Positions 1-9,201 of a stretch of 36,661 nucleotides of DNA are shown piece after piece. The translations under genes and the position numbers were made by a program. This stretch comes from Verrucomicrobiota bacterium (GTDB taxonomy: Bacteria > Verrucomicrobiota > Verrucomicrobiia > Chthoniobacterales > JAFAMB01). Location: positions 1 to 36,661 of the forward strand of contig JAFAUY010000287.1 in NCBI GenBank assembly GCA_019243005.1. The letters are read 5' to 3'. The notes under the pieces are model-generated. The model had not been told where the DNA came from. It worked only from the letters and a program-made list of their open reading frames with translations, and did not search any database. Positions within the stretch are counted from its first letter, which is position 1, and each line of letters starts with the position of its first letter.

Positions 1-275
1 CAAACCGGCCGGCAGCAGCCAGCGCAGCGGCGAGTTTTATTTAAACAGCAGGCGGTTGCTGCCGATCCACGTGCCTGGGTGATCCGGTGCCGGGGTACGC
101 CGGTTGGGAGCCGGGCGGTTTCCGTGAAAGCCAGACAAACCGGGATAACCGTCGCCGGCTCGGAGGCTTGCTCCGCGATGGAGGAAAAGCGCAAAATTCG
201 TGAGGCAACGAGTCTTAATGATTAAACCGCCTGCGGCGCCGCGCGCGGCGCTCGCGGGTCGGCGATTTTTAGAGA

Positions 276-1499
276 ATGACGTTTGACATGCAACGATTCG
301 ATTGTGTCGTGATCGGGGGAGGTATCGTTGGGCTGGCGGCAGCCTGGGCGATTCTCGAAAAAAGGCCTCAGAGCCGTATCGCTGTTCTGGAGAAAGAGAA
401 CGGCTGGGCCCGCCATCAGACCGGTCGAAACAGCGGGGTCATCCACTCCGGCATTTATTATAAGCCGGGAAGTCTCAAAGCGAAGTTGTGTGCCGAGGGA
501 AACCGCCGGCTTCGGATATTCTGTGACGAGCACGGGATCCGGTACGAAGCGTGCGGCAAAGTCATCGTGGCAACCACGGCGTCTGAGCTTCCCTTATTGG
601 AAACGCTTTACCGGCGCGGTCTGGCAAACGCCTTGACCGTCAGGAAGCTGAGTGCGGGCGAGGTGAAAGAGATCGAGCCTTATGTGAGTTGCCTGGCGGG
701 GATTCACGTTCCGTCGACGGGCATCGTCGATTTTGCCGCGGTTTGCCGGAAGCTGGCCGAGTTGATCCAAGCTCGCGGGGGCGAACTGCATCCGGGGACG
801 AAGGTTCTGGGCTTCCGGCCGGCCGGCAGCGGGAGCGTGCTGGAAACTTCCGGCGGCGCCATGGCCGCCCGCTGCGTCGTCAATTGCGCCGGTTTACACA
901 GCGATCGGGTGGCAAAACTGGCCGGTGCCAAACCTGGTGCGCGGATCGTGCCTTTTCGGGGTGAATACTACGAGTTGAAACCCGAACGCCGCGGCCTGGT
1001 GCGGAACCTGATTTACCCGGTACCCGATCCGCAATTCCCGTTCCTGGGGGTCCATTTCACCCGGATGATCGACGGCAGCGTTCACGCCGGACCGAACGCG
1101 GTGCTTAGCCTGAAGCGGGAGGGTTACCATCGCACGTCCTTCGATCTGCGGGATTTCGTGGACACAATGACCTACCCCGGGTTCTGGCGGCTCGCGGCCA
1201 GGCACGCGAGATCGGGACTCGGGGAAATGCACCGATCCTTCAGCAAAAAGGCATTCGTGCGCAGCCTGCAGAAATTGATTCCTGAAGTCTGCGAAGGAGA
1301 CCTGGTCCCGGGAGGGGCGGGCGTGCGGGCCCAGGCGTTACGTCCTGACGGCGGCTTGGTGGACGATTTTCTAATCATAAAGAACGCATCCGCAATGCAC
1401 GTGTGCAATGCGCCTTCGCCGGCTGCGACGGCCTCCCTGGAAATCGGACGGACGATCGCGGAGCAGGTCCCACTGTTCAGCGGCAGCGCATTGGTGTAA
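276..1499 (+). CDS. lhgO: L-2-hydroxyglutarate oxidase (FAD-dependent, DAO family)
   Basis: GGGIVG FAD motif, HQTGRNSGVIHSGIYY, FRGEYY, YPVPDP.FPFLGVHFT, NAPSPAATASL; all LhgO signature segments. Confidence 0.92.
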   Translation: MTFDMQRFDCVVIGGGIVGLAAAWAILEKRPQSRIAVLEKENGWARHQTGRNSGVIHSGIYYKPGSLKAKLCAEGNRRLRIFCDEHGIRYEACGKVIVATTASELPLLETLYRRGLANALTVRKLSAGEVKEIEPYVSCLAGIHVPSTGIVDFAAVCRKLAELIQARGGELHPGTKVLGFRPAGSGSVLETSGGAMAARCVVNCAGLHSDRVAKLAGAKPGARIVPFRGEYYELKPERRGLVRNLIYPVPDPQFPFLGVHFTRMIDGSVHAGPNAVLSLKREGYHRTSFDLRDFVDTMTYPGFWRLAARHARSGLGEMHRSFSKKAFVRSLQKLIPEVCEGDLVPGGAGVRAQALRPDGGLVDDFLIIKNASAMHVCNAPSPAATASLEIGRTIAEQVPLFSGSALV

Positions 1500-1502
1500 A
1501 TT

Positions 1503-2153
1503 ATGTTGCAAGCCTCTTTGGGAGCAGTGCGTCGAGTGCTTTGCCTCGGAGCGCACTCCGATGATATCGAGATAGGCCTGGGTGGAACCTTGCTGACCCT
1601 GGTTGAACGGGTGCCCGCCCTGGAGGTCTGCTGGGTTGTCTTCAGCGCCCCGGGCGCGCGTACCGGTGAGGCGCAGCGGAGCGCGGATGAGTTCCTGGCC
1701 GGGATCGAACGCAAGCGTGTCGAGATCGGATCGTTCCGCGAGAGCTATTTTCCAAGCCAGTGGCCGGCAATCAAAGACTGGCTCGAGCAGATCAGAGCAA
1801 CGTTTGATCCGGAGGTCGTGTTTACCCATTATCGCGATGACCGGCACCAGGACCACCGGGTGCTCTCCGACCTGGCCTGGAACACGTTCAGAAATCACTT
1901 GATCCTCGAATATGAAATCCTCAAGTACGACGGAGACCTGGGCCATCCCGGGGTGTTTATCCCGTTGTCGGAGCAACTCTGTAACCGGAAGATCGAATTG
2001 TTGCTGAAACACTTTCAAACCCAGTTGAGCAAGCATTGGTTCACCCGGGATACGTTTGAGGCCATGCACCGTATCCGGGGAATCGAATGCGCTTCGCCCA
2101 CGGGTCGTGCGGAAGCTTTCTACTGCCGGAAGCTGGTCTTCAACTCGCCTTGA
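1503..2153 (+). CDS. PIG-L/LmbE family deacetylase
   Basis: AHSDD and DRHQDH metal-binding motifs, C-terminal AEAF; starts 3 bp after the lhgO stop. Confidence 0.88.
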   Translation: MLQASLGAVRRVLCLGAHSDDIEIGLGGTLLTLVERVPALEVCWVVFSAPGARTGEAQRSADEFLAGIERKRVEIGSFRESYFPSQWPAIKDWLEQIRATFDPEVVFTHYRDDRHQDHRVLSDLAWNTFRNHLILEYEILKYDGDLGHPGVFIPLSEQLCNRKIELLLKHFQTQLSKHWFTRDTFEAMHRIRGIECASPTGRAEAFYCRKLVFNSP

Positions 2154-2241
2154 CTCCACAGCGATGCGGGAAACTTTTCACACGAAAACTGCCGGGACGA
2201 GTGGCGTCGAAAACGTGCCGCCGTTCTGGCGTCGTATCTCG

Positions 2242-3081
2242 ATGGGGCGTACGAAGGGGTTACGCCTGGTCCTGGTCCAGCGCCGGCTGGTCTGGTGCCC
2301 GACCTGGCTGGGTGCGTTCTGCCTCGTGGCGCTTCTGGTCAGCCCGATGGCCTGGTGGTATTTTTGGGGAGAACGTTTCCTTTCGACTACCTGCCGGCTG
2401 CCGGCCGACGTTCTGGTGGTGGAGGGTTGGATCGGGCAGGAAGGCGTAGACGCCGCCGGCGCCGAGTTCCGGCAGCACGGTTACCAGTACGTCGTGACGA
2501 CGGGCACCGTAACCGGCGAGCGCTGGGAAACGGATCGCTGGAGCTACGCCGACGTGGCTGAACGCGAGCTGATCCGGTTGGGAATACCGCGCGATCGCGT
2601 CATCGTCGCCTTTACCGGGGACGCCAGAAACCGGCGTACGTTCCAGTCTGCCGTAACCGCCTGCCAGGCGCTTCGAGCCAGGGGCATCCAGCCGAAAGGG
2701 CTTAATGTATTCACCCTTGGCCCTCACGCTGCACGCAGCCGCCTGGTGTTCACCAAGGTTTTCAGCCCCGGAACCAAAGTCGGGGTTATCGACTGGACGC
2801 CATCCGATTACGAGCCCGGACCATGGTGGCATTCGAGTGAGCGGGCCAGGGAAATGATTTCGGAAACGGCCGGCTACCTGTTCGAGTACCTGTTTAATTC
2901 GGGCCGCAGCTCGAACACAAGCAACGCCCCAACCGCCGTGAGCCGGCAACAGCCCGGTCGAAGTTCAGGCGATCCGCGCGGATCGCGGGGGGCGGAATCC
3001 GAAAACCATCGCGTGGCGGTTTCGGGGTTCCCACGGGGGCGCAACGGAACGTTCTGGACAGCAGCCCTGATCAGCCCTTAA
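2242..3081 (+). CDS. ElyC/SanA/YdcF (DUF218)-like membrane protein
   Basis: N-terminal TM helix, LVVEGW, VVTTG, RTFQSA, H..RSRL.F. Start uncertain (ATG 2164 or 2242); the ORF-track start at 2056 overlaps the upstream gene. Confidence 0.7.
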   Translation: MGRTKGLRLVLVQRRLVWCPTWLGAFCLVALLVSPMAWWYFWGERFLSTTCRLPADVLVVEGWIGQEGVDAAGAEFRQHGYQYVVTTGTVTGERWETDRWSYADVAERELIRLGIPRDRVIVAFTGDARNRRTFQSAVTACQALRARGIQPKGLNVFTLGPHAARSRLVFTKVFSPGTKVGVIDWTPSDYEPGPWWHSSERAREMISETAGYLFEYLFNSGRSSNTSNAPTAVSRQQPGRSSGDPRGSRGAESENHRVAVSGFPRGRNGTFWTAALISP

Positions 3082-3218
3082 GACATCACGTAACCAGGAC
3101 AGATTAACCCAAAACCGGTGGGTCAAGGATCGCGATAAGCGTAGGGGGTGATTAAATACGACACGCGGGATGAGGGTTGCCGGAGAGCCCCTAACCAGAT
3201 TAAATCCAGACAAGATTC

Positions 3219-3923
3219 ATGGATAAATTTCTTAAATCTGCCAACCAGATCGCCGCGGCGCGTTACCTCTCGCCAAGACCCGCGGTGAGCGGGAAAATTA
3301 ACGGGAAAATGGGCCTGTTGCGGAAGGAGTCGCTCGGGATCGTCGTCATGCTGGCCGCCCTCGTGCTCCTCTGCGCCGGATGCCAAAGTGCCCCGCCGAG
3401 GCGCACGCTTCCACGCTCGGCGGCCCAGACCCCGGGCGTTCTGACCGCCGGAGATGTGGTCAAGGTCTCGTTCACCGGGGCGCCGGAGCTTAACCAAACC
3501 CAACGCATCGGCACGGACGGAAAACTCAGCCTGCCGCTGGTCGGAGACGTTTATGCCGCCGGCAAGAGCCTCCACGAAGTCCAGACCGAACTGGCCCGTC
3601 TGTATAAACCACAACTCCAGAACAGCGAGGTAATCATTACCCTGGAGAGCAGGGCCGTGCCGGTGGTCGTGTCGGGTGCCGTGCAGAAGCCCGGAAAAAT
3701 CACCTTCGAGCGACCGGCGACGCTGCTGGAAGCCATCATGGAGGCCGGCGGGTTCACTCCTGATGCAAACCTGAAAAAAGTGTCCCTTATTCGTATCGTG
3801 AATGGCGAACACGAAACGCAGATCTATGATCTGAGGCCGGTTATACGCGGTGTGCCGACGCGCGCGGTCTACGTCAGCGGCGGCGACGTGATTTATGTGC
3901 CGCAGAAAATCCTCAATTTCTGA
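3219..3923 (+). CDS. Polysaccharide export outer-membrane lipoprotein (Wza/OPX-like; Poly_export + SLBB)
   Basis: Lipobox LLCAGC, GDVVKV, DGKLSLPLVG, V.GAV.KPG, TLLEAI.EAGG, GDVIYVP. Confidence 0.88.
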   Translation: MDKFLKSANQIAAARYLSPRPAVSGKINGKMGLLRKESLGIVVMLAALVLLCAGCQSAPPRRTLPRSAAQTPGVLTAGDVVKVSFTGAPELNQTQRIGTDGKLSLPLVGDVYAAGKSLHEVQTELARLYKPQLQNSEVIITLESRAVPVVVSGAVQKPGKITFERPATLLEAIMEAGGFTPDANLKKVSLIRIVNGEHETQIYDLRPVIRGVPTRAVYVSGGDVIYVPQKILNF

Positions 3924-4002
3924 CGGCAACCTTTGAGTGCCGTGCCGGGCGGCCGTTCCAAAAGACGGCCGCCAGCCGCCACGCAAATCGCACGAAGGCC
4001 GT

Positions 4003-4698
4003 TCAGGGCGTGACCCTCGGAAGAGGAGGCTGCGTCATCGTCACCTGAACCGGATTGCTGGTTACGGAGACGCCTTGATCGTCAACCGCAACTGCGGTCA
4101 AACTGTAACTGCCTGCGGCCGGATGGCTCAACGTATAGGTGTACGGGGCGCTCGTGGCTTCTCCGAGGTAAGTACCTTGGTTGTAGAACTCGACGCGCGC
4201 GATCGATCCATTGGTTTCGCTGGCTGAAGCAGACAACACGATGCTGACCGGTACGACGAATCTTGTTCCCACAGACGGCGAAACCGTCAGGCTGACCGTA
4301 GGCGGCCCATTCTGCACGGCCACAGCGGTAAACGAAACTTCGTTTGAGGGCACGCTTTCAATGCCGGCGGTGTTGTAGTCAGTGACCGCGAAGTAGTACG
4401 TCTGGCCGAGTGTCAGGTTCGACACGGTGGTAGTCGTGGCATTACCTACCTCAGTGCTTTGAGAATAATTCCCGCTCGTCGTCCCATAATAAAGGCGATA
4501 GCCGGCGATGCCGGAATCATCACTGGGAGGATCCCAAAGCAGCGTGACGTTCCGGGCGGTCTGCGCAGCCGCGGAAAAACCACATAGCAGCCACCCCACC
4601 GCCCCGGCCATGATGATTACCATTTGAACACCAGCACTGATCAGGGCCCCGTGTATGACGTTGCGTTTCACTGTCATCGGTGTCATCCCTGATGCCAC
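4003..4698 (-). CDS. Secreted fibronectin type III + bacterial Ig-like domain protein
   Basis: Signal-like hydrophobic N-terminus ending SAAAQ; FN3 pattern TLLWDP..IAGYRLYYG..TYYFAVT..ES.PSNEV; Ig pattern PTVSL..IARVEFY..APY..GSYSLTAVAVD; start uncertain. Confidence 0.8.
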   Translation of the reverse strand: MASGMTPMTVKRNVIHGALISAGVQMVIIMAGAVGWLLCGFSAAAQTARNVTLLWDPPSDDSGIAGYRLYYGTTSGNYSQSTEVGNATTTTVSNLTLGQTYYFAVTDYNTAGIESVPSNEVSFTAVAVQNGPPTVSLTVSPSVGTRFVVPVSIVLSASASETNGSIARVEFYNQGTYLGEATSAPYTYTLSHPAAGSYSLTAVAVDDQGVSVTSNPVQVTMTQPPLPRVTP

Positions 4699-5061
4699 CC
4701 GGCTGCAGGTGAGTCAAGTTCGAATCGAAGAATCTTTACCTGAACCGTTTCCTAACGCTGTGTACGGTTGTTATCGGACCATGATTTGGCGCACGTGACC
4801 GTAACTCCCGTTACCACCGTGTTAGCTGTCACAGTCTTGCAAAAAGCAGGATTGAAACCGACAGGATAATCGTTATTAATGGTGCCAGCGCGAGGCAGTG
4901 AACGCTCTGGCGGGGTAGGTCTGGACGATCAACCGAACGCAGCATCCGACGGGTGAGGCTCAGCGAAAAAGGCGGTGATATCATAGAACCGCCCCTGTTT
5001 CCTCCTAGATGACACAACCGTCAAAAATTATTAGATGCCACACGGCTGGCGAATCAGAAGC

Positions 5062-5808
5062 TCATCGCCTGAGCTGCGGCTCACTTCGAAAGCTGGCGGC
5101 TTTACTGCGGAGCAGATTGAATTTTAGAATGTACCAGAGGGCATCGATGCCGTCCTTCACGCCGATCTTTTTGCCTTCTTCGTAAGTGCGACCGTAGTAG
5201 GAAATCGGCACCTCGTAGATGCGTGCGCCGATTTTCCGGCACTTTGCCACAAACTCGATCTCAAATCCGAAGCCGCGTGATTCGATCACCATGGACCGGA
5301 AAATCACGCCGCGAGCCGCCTTATAACCGGTCTCGATGTCAGTCAGATTGAGGTCGGTCAGGATGTTGCTGAAAAAGGTCAAAAACTTGTTGGCGAGAAA
5401 ATGCCGGAAATAGAGAACCCGGCCCGCTTTGCGCACCAGAAATCGCGAACCCAGGCAAACGTCAGCCTTCCCGGCGACGATCGGCTCGATCAGTTCCGGT
5501 ATTTCCTGCGGATCGTACTCCATGTCGGCATCCTGGATGACGATGATGTCCCCGCGTGTCTGCTCGAAAGCAGTTTTCAACGCCGCCGTCTTGCCCTGAT
5601 TCTGACGGTGGGAAAGCACCCGGACACGCGGTTCGTGCTCGGCAAACGCTCGGCATCGCTCAGCCGTCCCGTCCCGTGAAGCGTCGTCCACGATCAGGAC
5701 CTCGAATAACGTCGGAACGCACTCAAACAAGCGGGTCAAAACCGCTGCGATCGTCTTCTCCTCGTTGAAGGCCGGGATAACGATGGTCAACCTTGGTTTG
5801 GGCGTCAT
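5062..5808 (-). CDS. Glycosyltransferase family 2 (DPM1/polyprenol-phosphate-sugar synthase-like)
   Basis: IVIPAFNEE, VDDASRDGT, NQGK, QDADMEYDP, TDIETGYK, FGFEIE. Confidence 0.92.
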   Translation of the reverse strand: MTPKPRLTIVIPAFNEEKTIAAVLTRLFECVPTLFEVLIVDDASRDGTAERCRAFAEHEPRVRVLSHRQNQGKTAALKTAFEQTRGDIIVIQDADMEYDPQEIPELIEPIVAGKADVCLGSRFLVRKAGRVLYFRHFLANKFLTFFSNILTDLNLTDIETGYKAARGVIFRSMVIESRGFGFEIEFVAKCRKIGARIYEVPISYYGRTYEEGKKIGVKDGIDALWYILKFNLLRSKAASFRSEPQLRR

Positions 5809-5943
5809 GAAAGAGGGTTTCTGGGTATCGCACACCGTTCACGGGGAAACTAACGTAAACGCTGCGAGGCTCCCCCAAACTTGGCAACCTGAAAAATTTC
5901 GAGCTCCGGCGTTTGGCCGACCGACGAAAAAGCCGGGGGAGGG

Positions 5944-7542
5944 TCAAATCCGGATAAGATTCTCGATTTGGAGGCGCAGCGCCGATTCCGCTTGGTCGGC
6001 GGTGGTATTCCCAAAAATCACAAGCTCGAGCATCTGCTGGCCAAGGTTGCGCTCCCCGCGAAGGACCGACTCGAATTTTGCGGAGCGGGTCCAATCGAGC
6101 CTGAGTTTTGGCAACGCTACGGACTTTAGATGGTCCTCCCAAAGGCAAAAGAAGACGTGCACCGGTTCACCGTTGTACTCAAAATCCAGCGCGTGAAACG
6201 GAATGGTCAGGCTTTTGGCTTTGACCGTGATGGTGCCCCGGTCGGCCTGGAGTCTGTAGCCGGCCGCAGGCAGGCATTTCTCGGGCCGATGCAACCGGGC
6301 CTGGATCCTCGAACGTACCGGACCCGCGGTCCACCTGAAGAAAAAACCGGTCCACCGGGTTGCGTCGCCGTTCGTCCAGGATGCCGCGCTACCTTCGTCA
6401 AAGCCCAGCGCTTCGGCTTCCTGCGCGGGAATGGCAATCTCTTCAAAGTGCGCCATGGAAGCCGGCCATTCAACCGACCAGCGACCGGTGTCCGCCCCCT
6501 CGTGCGCCCGGTACCAGATTTCCGTGGCAAGCAGCATGAACAGGAGCCAGGCAGCCAGCCCGGCAATCAGCTTCCCGGGCAGTGGATTCGGACGGGACCG
6601 CGGGAACCATTGCAAGCTGCTGGAAGGCGTCCCGGAGAGAAGATGGGCGAAACCCCAAACGATGACGAAGCAGATGGCCAGGATCGCGAAGCCGGCAGGA
6701 TCGTGCCACTTCGAAATGGCGTCCGTTCCGCATGCGGCAGCCACCCAGGAGAGCAGGAAGGTGCGTCCGATATTGCAAGCGAAGGCGGTCAGCATTCCGC
6801 AAAGGACAAGTCCGGCCCTGCGCCGCCATCGTGCCCGGTAGAGCTCACCCAGGAAGAGCGACACCAGGAGCGTCGCCTGAAGAGAGCGGATCCCGCTGCA
6901 GGCAGCCTCGACGCCGAGCAGCCCGGTCTTGACCTCGATCAGGTTTCCGTGCTGCATGGCCTGAACGCCGAAAAGGTTCAAGCCGGCGACCGTCACCGCG
7001 GTCGCGACCTGCATCAGGCGCTGGGTGATCATGTCTTCCATATCGCCGGGCCAGGGCACCGTCGCCAAGATTAGGCAAACGCTGAATGCGAAGTGCCTGG
7101 CCCATGCCCTTCCGCCCAGGAAGTAAATTGTACAGATCGTCAGAGTTATTACTTCCAGGGCCAGGAGCCAGCTGACCAGACGCCAGTCCGGATTGGGCTG
7201 CTCGAAAAGCCACGTGGGAAGCAACGCGAAACCGGCCAGGCAAAACAGTACCTTTGCCCGGACCGAGTGTGCCGCCTCGACGGCCGGACGGCTAACCCAG
7301 CGCATCAAGAACAGGTAGGCGCAAAGCACGGGGCCAAACCACCCGAAACTATACTCGGCGTTGGTTGCCCAGTGTACCGACAAATGCGCGACCAGCAGGC
7401 ACCAGAGCGCGCCGACGACAACGAACGGCAAAATGCCCTGGAGCCGCTTCGGAAGGGATTCGATCATAAAGCCTTTTACTTCTGCCCTAACGACCGCCGG
7501 TTCCTGTGCAGGGGTATCCGAGCCTGGGGTTTGTATTGCCAA
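5944..7542 (-). CDS. Exosortase fused to a C-terminal EpsI-like domain
   Basis: Multi-TM N-terminal part with catalytic Cys (EAACSGIRSL), Arg (NIGR) and His (WHDPAG); soluble C-terminal part with H.PE.C motif (LHRPEKCLPAAG). Confidence 0.85.
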   Translation of the reverse strand: MAIQTPGSDTPAQEPAVVRAEVKGFMIESLPKRLQGILPFVVVGALWCLLVAHLSVHWATNAEYSFGWFGPVLCAYLFLMRWVSRPAVEAAHSVRAKVLFCLAGFALLPTWLFEQPNPDWRLVSWLLALEVITLTICTIYFLGGRAWARHFAFSVCLILATVPWPGDMEDMITQRLMQVATAVTVAGLNLFGVQAMQHGNLIEVKTGLLGVEAACSGIRSLQATLLVSLFLGELYRARWRRRAGLVLCGMLTAFACNIGRTFLLSWVAAACGTDAISKWHDPAGFAILAICFVIVWGFAHLLSGTPSSSLQWFPRSRPNPLPGKLIAGLAAWLLFMLLATEIWYRAHEGADTGRWSVEWPASMAHFEEIAIPAQEAEALGFDEGSAASWTNGDATRWTGFFFRWTAGPVRSRIQARLHRPEKCLPAAGYRLQADRGTITVKAKSLTIPFHALDFEYNGEPVHVFFCLWEDHLKSVALPKLRLDWTRSAKFESVLRGERNLGQQMLELVIFGNTTADQAESALRLQIENLIRI

Positions 7543-7972
7543 AGATGACGGACGACACCATAGCCACGCACCCTGATTAGGCGGCTAATCCGGGTGGCGG
7601 TCAAAGTGATAACGGCGGGAATACGAAGCCGTCACAGCCGCTATAAAATCTCGCAATTCAAATTCTGAAATGGGGAGAAGCTTGCGCCGGACGCGGCGTA
7701 CCGGGAACGCGCGCAGCAGCCGGCAAACGCAAGAAACGTGGACGACCGCCAGTCACCCGTGCTAAAAGAGCGTGCACGCTCGTGATCGAAATTCTCGGAT
7801 CCACATGGTGGGTGGACCACCTTATGTTGGGGGTCGGTGTGGCCAGCTTTCTTTACATGCTGATCACCCGGTGAGCCGGCCCGGGTGTAAGTTTTCCCCG
7901 GGCTCGGGACGCGTCCCCGTTTAACGCGTCGGCAATGCACGCGCGGTCGCGCGTTTTCGCGAACGGGGGACC

Positions 7973-9196
7973 TCAAAAGCCTCGTCTGACGGACAAATAG
8001 GGAATCAGGCCGAGCTCAACCATCGCAGGGAGCGGGTCCTCCGGACTGAATACCGATTCGACGCCGGCTCGCTGCAGCGAGCGAAGGTAAGCCCACAAAT
8101 CCTGCCGGCCCCGTAGGATTTCCAAGGCCGCCGCCGGCGCGTCCGTGATCAGGCGAACCCAGTTGACACCGGCACGGCCGCGGCAGGGTTCCAGCGTTTC
8201 TCCAAGCTGGTCGGCAAAGAGGAGGTAGGGAAAATCCACCCCGGCACCCGACCCGAGGCTGTGATAACCCCAGGTGCGCGCATTGACGTCGAGCAACTTG
8301 TACCGGCCGTCACGCGGATCCAGTTTGTATTCCAGTTCAACCAATCCGTAGTAGTTGATGGCGCGCAGGAAGCGTTCAGACAGCGTCTCGAGCAACGGGA
8401 GATCGATGGTCTCAACGTAGGTGCTGGCCCGTCCGAATTCGGGCGGGTGCTGCCGGCGCCGGCGCACGACCATACTCCCGATCGCCCGGCCTTCCTTGAA
8501 AAAGGCGCAATAGGCGAACTGCTGGCGGCCATCCCCAGGAATCAACTCCTGAATCATCACTTCTTCCGGGCCGACCTGGGCGGCCGCACGCCCGAAGCGT
8601 TCCCGCAGTTCGGCGTGGCTGTCGGCGCGCCAGGCCTTCGCTTTGGTTGCGTAGATGAAGTGCTCCTTGATGGCGGGCTTGACGGCGAACGGCGGGTCCG
8701 CGGTGATGTCCGGCAGGTCTTCCGGGCTCCGTGCATACCAGGTCGCCGGGGTTGCAAGCCCGAGTTCATTCGCCAGACGGTACGTATTCCGTTTATCCCA
8801 TACCCACTTCACCGTCTCCCAGTCCGGCGTCGGCACGCGAAAAAACTCGGCCAGCGCGGGCCGGTACCGTGAGAGCGCCGCGACGGTTTCATCTCGCGTC
8901 GGATAAATGACCCAGCCTTTCAGGTCCAGACGGTGACCCAGGTCCAGGATGGTATCGGCGGCCTGCTTTTGCTCGCGCAGGCTGGGAACGGCGACTGAGC
9001 GGGTGGCGTAGCGGGAAAAGCGGGCGATGGAAACCTCGTCGTCGATGACGCAGACGGGAACGTTATGCCGTCCGAGGCTGCGAACAATTCCCAGCCCCTG
9101 GTAGTCGCCCCCGATCACGAGGGCGCCGACCGGCTTTTTTGCAAGGTCCGGCACCGCGCCGCGCGTGACCGGGAGCTCTGGTTTGGCGGCAGGCAT
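7973..9196 (-). CDS. ATP-grasp carboxylate-amine ligase (D-aspartate ligase-like)
   Basis: GLGIVRSLGR, DKRNTY, VKPA, MIQELIPG, YYGLVELEYKLDPRDG, LLDVNAR. Confidence 0.85.
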   Translation of the reverse strand: MPAAKPELPVTRGAVPDLAKKPVGALVIGGDYQGLGIVRSLGRHNVPVCVIDDEVSIARFSRYATRSVAVPSLREQKQAADTILDLGHRLDLKGWVIYPTRDETVAALSRYRPALAEFFRVPTPDWETVKWVWDKRNTYRLANELGLATPATWYARSPEDLPDITADPPFAVKPAIKEHFIYATKAKAWRADSHAELRERFGRAAAQVGPEEVMIQELIPGDGRQQFAYCAFFKEGRAIGSMVVRRRRQHPPEFGRASTYVETIDLPLLETLSERFLRAINYYGLVELEYKLDPRDGRYKLLDVNARTWGYHSLGSGAGVDFPYLLFADQLGETLEPCRGRAGVNWVRLITDAPAAALEILRGRQDLWAYLRSLQRAGVESVFSPEDPLPAMVELGLIPYLSVRRGF

Positions 9197-9201
9197 CAGC
9201 G

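Noticed and set aside
6130-7074. 314-aa plus-strand ORF and similar long antisense ORFs (1371-2159, 3123-3986, 16633-17445)
   Set aside because: They lie opposite well-supported genes; such shadow ORFs are expected in GC-rich DNA.
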